Assembly (NCBI GenBank): GCA_018302765.1
Contig: JAGVZG010000001.1
Coordinates: forward strand, 68,482-132,481
Origin: Candidatus Woesearchaeota archaeon
GTDB taxonomy: Archaea > Nanobdellota > Nanobdellia > SCGC-AAA011-G17 > GW2011-AR18
DNA: 64,000 nucleotides
Direction of reading: 5' to 3'
Positions 56,307 to 64,000 of the stretch are shown here, in pieces; positions within the stretch are counted from its first letter, which is position 1, and each line of letters begins with the position of its first letter. Below the pieces are notes generated by a model. It was not told the DNA's origin. It saw only the letters and a program-made list of their open reading frames with translations, and did no database searches. Made by a program: the position numbers and the translations under genes.

Positions 56307-57365
56307 ATGGAAATTTTTAAAGTATTCAATCCGGAAACTGGCGAAGAGGCAGTTGCGTACGTACCACCAAAAATACCTGATGAGCTTTCTGATGCTATAT
56401 TAAAATTTGATGAACGAGCTAGAAGGCCAGCATTTACTTTAGTTGAAACATTATATGATTCTTCTGATGCAGGAAATTGGGACTTGGAAAGTTTAATTTG
56501 GGTTGCAAATGCAGTTTCTAGGATTTATAGCGCAGTTCCTGAGAAAGGAGACGCTCTTGTTGAATCTGGATATTGTTTATCTCTTTTAGATGCTAAAGCT
56601 AGAGAAGCATATTTTTCTAGATTTTCTGGATGTTTAACTAATGGAATTAATAAGAGTGAATTAAATAATTTTGTTGATGCTGTTCTTAATTTAGTTTTGG
56701 GAGTAAGAGCAGGATTAGATTCTGAATATGCTGTTGATTTTGCAAATAATGCAACTGATGGCAAATTACGTGAAGCTGGAAAGGTTTTTGCAAATTTTTA
56801 TCGTTTAAAGGAAGACAATGCTGATCTTTTTGGTAGAATATATGAAATAGCTTGTGAGAAACATGGCTTGTTTAACGCTACTCTTGGATTTGCATGTCCT
56901 TATATTGCTAGTCTTCGTGTCGCTACAAATAGATTTAATGTTGAAGAATTAACATTAACTGGTTTAGCTAATTTCGTAGACCCTTGCGTAGAAATATTTC
57001 AGGATGGAATGGTAAGAATAGATAATTTAGATAACTTAGCTTATCATGCTTTAGGTGCACAACTAAGTGGAATGACTAATTGCCCAGACCAAGCTTGGTG
57101 GTACGCTACTGCTTTATTAGAAGCTGCTTCAGAGAAATGGAATATAAATAGATGGAGTGAATCTGTTAAAAGATATGTTTCAAATCGTTTAAGTTTAGAT
57201 GGGGCAGTATCTTTGGCTAGTTCATTAGAGATGCATGCTAAGGAAAAAGGTCAATATTGCGATAATACTGTAGATAGATGTGTAAATTTGCAGCAAGGTA
57301 TGATATTTGATAATGAAGAGAAATTGGTAAATAATGCTGTTAGTGCACTATATGATTATCTTTGA
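56307..57365 (+). CDS. hypothetical protein (GC-elevated)
   Basis: 352-aa ORF with multiple Cys and no recognised motif. Confidence 0.45.
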   Translation: MEIFKVFNPETGEEAVAYVPPKIPDELSDAILKFDERARRPAFTLVETLYDSSDAGNWDLESLIWVANAVSRIYSAVPEKGDALVESGYCLSLLDAKAREAYFSRFSGCLTNGINKSELNNFVDAVLNLVLGVRAGLDSEYAVDFANNATDGKLREAGKVFANFYRLKEDNADLFGRIYEIACEKHGLFNATLGFACPYIASLRVATNRFNVEELTLTGLANFVDPCVEIFQDGMVRIDNLDNLAYHALGAQLSGMTNCPDQAWWYATALLEAASEKWNINRWSESVKRYVSNRLSLDGAVSLASSLEMHAKEKGQYCDNTVDRCVNLQQGMIFDNEEKLVNNAVSALYDYL

Positions 57366-57375
57366 TATAGTTGCA

Positions 57376-59139
57376 TTATTTTTTAACTATGTCTAATTTT
57401 ATATTAAGTTCTTTTAACTGTTTTTCATCAATGTCGCTTGGTGAGCCATCCATAGGACATTGAGCTGCTTTGTTTTTTGGAAATGCTATTACTTCTCTAA
57501 TGTCTTTTAATCCTATTAGTAGTGTAACTAATCTGTCTAAACCTATACCAACTCCTCCGTGTGGCGGACCAGCATACTTATATGCTTCAAGTAAAAATCC
57601 GAATTTCTTTTCTGCTTCTTTTTCACTTAACCCTATTATTGAGAATATTTTTTTTTGTATTTCTGGTTTGTGGATACGTAAGCTTCCTGAGCATAATTCT
57701 ACTCCATTTAAGACAAGATCATAAAGTGTTGCATATACTTTACCTGGATCAGAATCTAAAAATTTAATATGTTCTTGCTTTGGCATGCAAAACGGATGAT
57801 GTTCTGGTTCCCATTTTTGTTCTTCTTCATTCCATGCAAAAAGTGGAAAGTCTGTAATCCAGCAGAATTTATATTCATTTTTTGGAATGGTTTTAAGTTT
57901 TTCTGCTATTGCTAATCTAACTTGACCAAGCGCAGTGCAAGTAGTCTTGAAACTGTCTGCTATAAATAATAACAAATCACCTTCTTTTGCTTTTGTTACT
58001 TTTATTAATTCTTTTTGTAATTTTTCATCTATATATTTTGTAATTGAACTTTCTAGTTTTCCTTTTTCTACTTTTGCCCATGCCATTCCCTTAGCGTGAT
58101 ATCTTTTTGACAGTTCAATTAATTCATCAATGTCTTTTCTTGAGAAATTGGAGCAGCCGACTGCATTTAGACATTTAATTAATCCTTTATTTTTAACTGC
58201 TGACTTAAATACTTCAAAATCTGAATCTGCAACAGTATTAGTTACGTCAATTAATTCTAAATTAAATCTTAAGTCTGGCTTGTCAGATCCGTATCTTGAC
58301 ATTGCTTCATTATAAGATAATCTAACAAATGGTTTTTTGATTTTTATATTTCTTGTTTTAAATACTGCTTCCATTAATCCTTCTACAGTTTTAAATATGT
58401 CTTCTTCAGTAACAAAACTCATTTCTATGTCGATCTGCGTGTGCTCTGGCTGTCTGTCTGCTCTTAGATCTTCATCTCTTAGACATCTAGCTAATTGAAA
58501 GTATCTATCGCAGCCAGCCACCATAAGAATTTGCTTATATAATTGTGGGCTTTGAGGCAGGGCATAAAATTTTCCAGGATTTATCCTGCTTGGAACTAAG
58601 TAATCACGTGCTCCTTCAGGAGTTGGTTTTACGAGCATTGGTGTTTCTATTTCTAGGAATCCTTGAGACGATAGATATTCTCTTGCAGCTTGGGCAGCTT
58701 TATGCCTTATTAACAAACGTTCCTGCATTACAGGTCTTCTTAAATCTAGATATCTATATTTTAGTCTTATTTCTTCATTTGCTTCTATTCTGTCATCAAT
58801 TTCAAAAGGCGGAATTTCTGATTCATTTATTATTTCTAGTTTTTTAACCTCTACTTCAATTTCTCCTGTTATTAGTTTTTTATTTTCCATTCCTTTTGGT
58901 CTTTCTCTTACTTTACCTTCTATTTTTATACACCATTCTCTTCTTAGCTTATTTGCATCTGGAATTTTACTTGGATCTAGAACTACTTGGGTAAAACCAT
59001 ATTTGTCTCTTAAATCTATAAAGATAATACCGCCATGATCTCTTCTAGAGTTAACCCAACCACATAACTTAATCTCTTTTTTAATATCTTTACTTGTAAG
59101 TTGTCCACAAGTGTGGGTTCTTAGTGTTGTTGTTAACAT
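57376..59139 (-). CDS. aspS: aspartyl-tRNA synthetase, bacterial-type (with GAD insertion domain)
   Basis: 587 aa. N-terminal OB fold (GGIIFIDLRD) and class II motifs (FRAD...QPEHTQIDIE; GGVGIGLDRLV). Confidence 0.85.
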   Translation of the reverse strand: MLTTTLRTHTCGQLTSKDIKKEIKLCGWVNSRRDHGGIIFIDLRDKYGFTQVVLDPSKIPDANKLRREWCIKIEGKVRERPKGMENKKLITGEIEVEVKKLEIINESEIPPFEIDDRIEANEEIRLKYRYLDLRRPVMQERLLIRHKAAQAAREYLSSQGFLEIETPMLVKPTPEGARDYLVPSRINPGKFYALPQSPQLYKQILMVAGCDRYFQLARCLRDEDLRADRQPEHTQIDIEMSFVTEEDIFKTVEGLMEAVFKTRNIKIKKPFVRLSYNEAMSRYGSDKPDLRFNLELIDVTNTVADSDFEVFKSAVKNKGLIKCLNAVGCSNFSRKDIDELIELSKRYHAKGMAWAKVEKGKLESSITKYIDEKLQKELIKVTKAKEGDLLLFIADSFKTTCTALGQVRLAIAEKLKTIPKNEYKFCWITDFPLFAWNEEEQKWEPEHHPFCMPKQEHIKFLDSDPGKVYATLYDLVLNGVELCSGSLRIHKPEIQKKIFSIIGLSEKEAEKKFGFLLEAYKYAGPPHGGVGIGLDRLVTLLIGLKDIREVIAFPKNKAAQCPMDGSPSDIDEKQLKELNIKLDIVKK

Positions 59140-59207
59140 AGAGTTGTTAGTTCTTAGTACATTTATAAAATTAATTGTTTTAAAAGTAAAATAGCTTTTG
59201 ACTTTAT

Positions 59208-60218
59208 TTATTCAGCTAAGCCATCTCCTCTTTTTACAAGCCTTTCTTTAATTATTGTAGTTATGTAAGGGGTAATTTCATCAGATAGTTTGTTTTTAAG
59301 ATCATATAAAGAGTCACCAAAGTAGCCTTGTTTTTTCTTTGCAGCTATTAGTTCATTGACTCTTTCTACAATTTCTGATAGTGACTTAAATTCATGAATC
59401 TCAATTTTCTCTTTTATCTTATCAAGACCAATTCTGCGTTTTTCCCAATTGTCTTGGACTCCGAATATTACACATATCGAATCTAAGGGTTTTCCTAGCA
59501 ATAGTGTACTTGTTTTATAATTAAGAACGAAAGTGAATGGCGTATGAGATAATCCTATAATTCCTTCGTATGAATCATCCAGGTTTTCTCCCTTAACAAT
59601 TCTCGTACTTCCATTTTCTATTTTTCTTCCTTCTAATGATGTCACACCAATGCCATTCGGTAAGCTGTAGCCATATGAAAGATATTCTCTGACTGTTTTT
59701 TCAGCTTCAATATCACCTTTGAATTCATCTTCAATCAAATTGTATGATATTGCTAGATTTGATTTTCCTTTTGGAGTAAATCTTGTAAACCTGAAGTCGT
59801 ATTCTCCATTTCTAATATTTACCCCATCTAGAAAGTCAATTGCAGCAAGTTCCTTATCTAAATAATGGTGTTTTCCTTCATCAAAACATAAGTTTGCTAT
59901 ATGGTCAACTATATTATCCAATAAGTTTTCATCAAATAGGAAACCTCCTGAAGAATATTGACTTGTTTGATCAACATCGTAATTTCTTTGTTTTAGTCTT
60001 TGCAATATTAATGGAATTTGTTCTCTTCTTTCTTCTTTTGAATCATATGCTGTTAATAAACCGTGAGTTGATGTAATAACTCTTCTAGTGTCGTCGTCAT
60101 TTGCAATATTGTCTAACCATAAGTCTTTTAACTCAGTACCTTTTTGTACTGCGCTTAGTGCAATAAGTAAGTGATTGTATATATTTGATTCACTATAAAT
60201 ATGCATAATATTTGGCAC
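59208..60218 (-). CDS. hypothetical protein
   Basis: 336-aa ORF. Confidence 0.45.
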   Translation of the reverse strand: MPNIMHIYSESNIYNHLLIALSAVQKGTELKDLWLDNIANDDDTRRVITSTHGLLTAYDSKEERREQIPLILQRLKQRNYDVDQTSQYSSGGFLFDENLLDNIVDHIANLCFDEGKHHYLDKELAAIDFLDGVNIRNGEYDFRFTRFTPKGKSNLAISYNLIEDEFKGDIEAEKTVREYLSYGYSLPNGIGVTSLEGRKIENGSTRIVKGENLDDSYEGIIGLSHTPFTFVLNYKTSTLLLGKPLDSICVIFGVQDNWEKRRIGLDKIKEKIEIHEFKSLSEIVERVNELIAAKKKQGYFGDSLYDLKNKLSDEITPYITTIIKERLVKRGDGLAE

Positions 60219-60224
60219 TTCTTT

Positions 60225-60719
60225 TTAATATTTTTCTCTTGCTTTTTCTGCTAAGATTTCATATATTTCATTGAAATTATCTTTGTTCTTATCAAAAGAA
60301 GCAATGATGTCTAAAATACCTATTAATCTATTAAACTGTGGTGAGAATTTTCTTACTGCTTCTCTAGTTACACTTTTATGTTTACACCATTCTCTTAGTT
60401 CTCTTTTAAATTCTACTAGCATTTCATTGTAATGTGGTCTTACTACATCAGCAAACTTGTCTTTCTTGAAATCATTTCTTAATTGTTCTTTAGTTCCACC
60501 ATATTGTTCATAGACTTCTTCTAGTGTAATTGGCCTTTCTGTTTTTTTAACTTCTACTTCAAATCTGGCCTTGATGTCTTTATCTTTACCAGCAACATTT
60601 TGATCAGTAGCAAGCGGTAAAATATATGAAACTTTGTATAAATTAATAGAAAAAGGCTTAGTTGAAGTTTTTGTTGAAAATGGAGTAAAGCAGTTTATAG
60701 CAGCTGACCCTGATAGCAT
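60225..60719 (-). CDS. hypothetical protein (start uncertain; the N-terminal ~45 codons are antisense to a TrmB-like remnant)
   Basis: 164-aa ORF; the C-terminal 120 aa look protein-like. Confidence 0.35.
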   Translation of the reverse strand: MLSGSAAINCFTPFSTKTSTKPFSINLYKVSYILPLATDQNVAGKDKDIKARFEVEVKKTERPITLEEVYEQYGGTKEQLRNDFKKDKFADVVRPHYNEMLVEFKRELREWCKHKSVTREAVRKFSPQFNRLIGILDIIASFDKNKDNFNEIYEILAEKAREKY

Positions 60720-61230
60720 ACTGCTTTACATGGAAGAAAGAAAAAGAGCAATAAGCGAGCAAGCAAAAAAACTTCAGGATGCTCTTCCTGAAATGCAGAA
60801 ATTAAAGAGGTTTAAGAATTTTGACAATGTTTATCTAATTAAAGGATTTAGAGGAATACAGCCCATTGTTTACAAGGCGTTAAGAGAAGCTAATGGTGAG
60901 ATAAAAATCATGGGAGTAAGGTCTTCCAAAGATAAAAAATTTAATATTTTTTGGCAACATTGGCATAAGGAACGCGTTGATTTAAAGATTAATGCAAAAA
61001 TGTTGTTTACAGATAGAAATACAGAATATTGGAATTTTTTTAAAAGTTTAGGCAATACTGTTATTAGAACTGTATCTGAATTAAGCCCTTCAGCAATAAT
61101 GATTATTGATGAAAATGTCTTTATACTTTCTTATGAAAAAGAATTTACATGCATACATATAAGATCTGAAGATATTTCTAAATCATTTAGTTCATTTTTT
61201 GATGGGCTTTGGAACACAGGGAAACTTTAG
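60604..61230 (+). pseudogene. TrmB-family transcriptional regulator, N-terminally truncated (HTH lost)
   Basis: The frame opens after a stop at 60601-60603. It retains only the end of the recognition helix (SGKIYETLYKLIEKGLV) plus the C-terminal domain. The annotated start is TTG at 60634. Confidence 0.4.
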
Positions 61231-61347
61231 GATTTTGTATTGCAATTGTTTATTGAATTGAGTTTTCGCTCTAACTACCAAGTGGTTGCTATGACTGGCT
61301 ATAGAAATCTTTTTATATTTAAGCATTTACAGTATTTCGAGGGTTTT

Positions 61348-62739
61348 ATGATGAAGGGGAAATTAACTATACTGTTGCCTATTTTGTTTGTTTTATTGTC
61401 TAGTTTTGTATTTGCTGCTCCTATAGCTCCTACTAATTTTCAAGCCAGAGCAGTCAGTATAAATACTATTAATTTAACTTGGAACTACAATTTTGGCAGT
61501 GAAGACCGTTATTATATATACCAATCTACAGACGGTACAAATTTTGCATATAAAACTACAGTTCTTTTTAGTGCTTTTGCCATGAGTACTTTGATTGGAA
61601 GTTTATCTCCTAATACTAGGTATTGGTATTCTATTAGGTCTTCAGACGGATTTCAAAATTCCACTGCTGTTTTTGCATTTCCGGTTTATACTTTGGCTAG
61701 TACACCTACATCTGTGGCAGCCGCAACCTTAAACAAAACCTCTGTTTTTGTTTCGTGGAATGGAGATGGAAATGATTATTATGTAACAGCAACTACAGGT
61801 TTAACTTCAAAGGCTTCAGGTTTTGTGACAGGCAAAAATTATACTTTTACAGATTTAAGTTGTTCTTCTACTTACGGTTTTCGTGTTTTAGGTAGAAATG
61901 GAGATGGACGTAATTCAAGTTTTTCGTTCCCTGAATTTTCTGCAACAACAAGTTCTTGTTTTACTCCTCCTCCTGCAGACGCTGTTAGTCCGCGAGTTAC
62001 TGGGGTTGTTGATAAATCTATAGCTGTTAGTTGGGACGATGGTGGCGGAGGAGAAATCCAATATAAATTAGAGCAGTCTACAAATGGAACAGATTTTGTT
62101 CAGATTGCTACAGTTCCTGCAACAACTTTACAATTTGCTTTTAGTTCTTTGGTGCCAAACACCCCTTATTGGTTTAAGATTAAAGCTACAAATGGCGAAA
62201 CTACTACTGACGGAGTTATAGCGATTGTAGCTCCTACTCATACAAGAGCAGAACCTCCAGGGTTAACTCAAGGTACTGCAACAGAGACTGAAATTCCTTT
62301 GTTTATAGATCCAGGAAATAATACTGATTATACATTATATAATATTAGAGTAAATAATGGCGGCTTTTTAGGTTCTTGGCAAAATCTTTCTTCTTGGGGC
62401 AATATAGTTGCTAGAAATCTAATACCTAATACTGTTTATGTTTTTGATGTTTACGCTGTAAATGAAGGTGGGTATATAGCACAGGGCTCAACAGTTGTTG
62501 AAAGTACACTTCCTACAACTACTCCATTGGCTCCTTATAATTTAGCTGTTAGTGACGTAGTAAATGATTCAGTAACATTACAATGGTCTCCAAGTTTTGG
62601 AACAGAAACAAATTTCTTGATAGAGCAAGACAGCGGAGCAGGATTTGTTCAGGTAGGTTCAGTTCCATCAACATCAACATCATACCAGGCTACAGGTCTT
62701 CTTCAGCATATACAAATACAGAACAGGCAACTACATTAG
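61348..62739 (+). CDS. fibronectin type III repeat surface protein (N-terminal part, up to the frameshift)
   Basis: Signal peptide MMKGKLTILLPILFVLLSSFVFAA and a GAGGG Shine-Dalgarno. Repeated ~95-aa FN3-like units (PTNF..L.W; Y.Y.V.A.N..G). Confidence 0.6.
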   Translation: MMKGKLTILLPILFVLLSSFVFAAPIAPTNFQARAVSINTINLTWNYNFGSEDRYYIYQSTDGTNFAYKTTVLFSAFAMSTLIGSLSPNTRYWYSIRSSDGFQNSTAVFAFPVYTLASTPTSVAAATLNKTSVFVSWNGDGNDYYVTATTGLTSKASGFVTGKNYTFTDLSCSSTYGFRVLGRNGDGRNSSFSFPEFSATTSSCFTPPPADAVSPRVTGVVDKSIAVSWDDGGGGEIQYKLEQSTNGTDFVQIATVPATTLQFAFSSLVPNTPYWFKIKATNGETTTDGVIAIVAPTHTRAEPPGLTQGTATETEIPLFIDPGNNTDYTLYNIRVNNGGFLGSWQNLSSWGNIVARNLIPNTVYVFDVYAVNEGGYIAQGSTVVESTLPTTTPLAPYNLAVSDVVNDSVTLQWSPSFGTETNFLIEQDSGAGFVQVGSVPSTSTSYQATGLLQHIQIQNRQLH

Positions 62740-64000
62740 CTAATATTCCTACTGGTGTTGTAGCCAATACAATTGATAGAGACTCTATTATCGTTTCATG
62801 GAATGGGGATGCAACTGAATACTATGTTTTTGATATTTTTAATCCAAGTACTAATTCAGATTGGATTACTGGAACGTCTTATACTTTTAATAATTTAAAT
62901 TGTGGCGTTTTTTATAGCTTTAGTGTTAGAGGAAGAAATTCTATTGGTAATGAGACAACAGATTCTGAAGTTGTTTCAAATAGAACAGCTGACTGCCCAG
63001 CACCATTAAATCCTACTAGTGTTATTGCAGAAAATGCTACCAATGAAAGTATGGACATAAGTTGGACTCCTGCAAGTGGAGGTATAGAAACTAATTATAT
63101 AGTACAAAAATCTACTAATGGGTTTAGTTTTTCAACAATAGCAACAGTTCCTGCAATAGTTACATCATATCAAGCTAGAGATTTATTTACAGATACTAGT
63201 TATTGGTTTAGGATACAGTCAACTGACGGAACAATAATATCAAGTGGCACTGTATCAAGTCCTCTTTATACACTAGCAAATATTCCAGGAATTCCCACAT
63301 TGACTAGTGAAACTTCAAATACTATTAAAGTAGTAATAGATCCAGCTAATAATCCATTTAACACAGGGTACTTTTTATATGATTCTACAACAAATAAATA
63401 TCTTCAATCAGATTATAGTTGGGGAGATGTTTCTACTCGTGGTTTGTTTGGTTATTTTGGTTTAGGTGGACCAAATGGAGCAACTACAATAGGAATAAGT
63501 CCAAATAGTTTACATAGTATAAATGTTGCTTCTGTTAATGGTAATGGGATTGTAAGAGGTGGCTCTGCTGCTAATGTATATACTTTAGCAAGCATCCCTG
63601 CAAATGTTACAACAAATGCAAATAATAATAGTGCCATTACTGTTTCATGGAATGGAGATGCAACTGATTATTATGTTCTTGAGTCTTCTGGAATGAATTC
63701 AGACTGGATTACTGGAACGTCTTATACTTTTAATAATTTAAATTGTGGCGCTTTTTATAGCTTTAGAGTGAAGGGAAATAATGCTGTGGGCGCTGAGACA
63801 ATATATTCAAATGATTTTGGTCAGAGTACCCAAGCTTGTGATCCTACAGTTAATGCTCCTACAGATCTTCAAGTTGATTTTGTAACTAATGAGACAGTAG
63901 ATTTAAGCTGGACATCAGGAAGAGGAAGTGAGAGTACTTTTATAATAGAACAAAGTTTAAATGGAAATGATTTCAGTGTTGTAGGTTTCACTCAGTCTCT
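62697..64000 (+). pseudogene. continuation of the FN3-repeat protein in the +2 frame (more FN3 units; runs off the window end)
   Basis: Stop-free frame to the window end. It encodes repeats such as IVSWNGDATEYYV...NLNCG.FYSF.V.G.N. The junction lies inside an FN3 unit. Confidence 0.5.

Noticed and set aside
1-64000. CRISPR array search
   Set aside because: The only exact repeats are two-copy pairs: 26 bp flanking fic, 74 bp flanking hicBA, and a 123-bp tandem inside a CDS. No regularly spaced short repeat array and no cas genes were found.

Overview
This is an AT-rich (~30% GC) archaeal genomic segment with a compact coding layout. The archaeal assignment rests on a eukaryote/archaea-type EF-1alpha followed by ribosomal protein S10, RtcB plus archease, diphthine synthase, an archaemetzincin-like protease, a DRG-type GTPase, an archaeal-type TrpRS, and a tRNA-Leu with non-canonical introns. 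The composition and these tRNA introns are consistent with a small-genome (DPANN-like) archaeon, but that is inference.

Housekeeping genes present are enolase, thioredoxin reductase, a glutaredoxin-like protein, a long ThyX-like protein, TrpRS, a bacterial-type 587-aa AspRS, TrmI, Dph5, an OPRTase-like protein, HIT and MazG family proteins, a HAD hydrolase, GTPases, and an ABC-2 transporter.

Several unusual cell-envelope and accessory elements are interleaved with them:
- A complete class-A penicillin-binding protein (GT51 transglycosylase plus SxxK/SxN/KTG transpeptidase) sits in this archaeal context.
- A paralogous family of secreted or membrane proteins shares a conserved ~90-aa Cys-containing domain (FKY...NNKNCKPQK...MPAYVC) and an ISF[KM]ARRP motif. 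One member carries a perfect 123-bp tandem duplication and a Gly/aromatic-rich beta-strand-like C-terminal domain.
- A two-gene insertion lies between rtcB and a tandem archease plus degenerate archease-like pair.
- A DsbA-like/DsbB-like pair is accompanied by other extracytoplasmic thiol-redox proteins (a TlpA-like thioredoxin lipoprotein and a cupredoxin lipoprotein); a Rieske protein is also encoded.
- Small mobile insertions include a Fic gene bracketed by 26-bp direct repeats, next to an IS200-like tnpA element with subterminal hairpins, and a hicBA cassette bracketed by 74-bp direct repeats that duplicate the 3' end of a PIN-PhoH-KH ATPase gene.
- A HEPN-like/MNT pair is present.
- Two large surface proteins are present: a 952-aa beta-propeller/coiled-coil protein and an FN3-repeat protein interrupted by a frameshift.
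- Several small Zn-ribbon ORFs are missing from the ORF track.

No CRISPR array or rRNA was seen.
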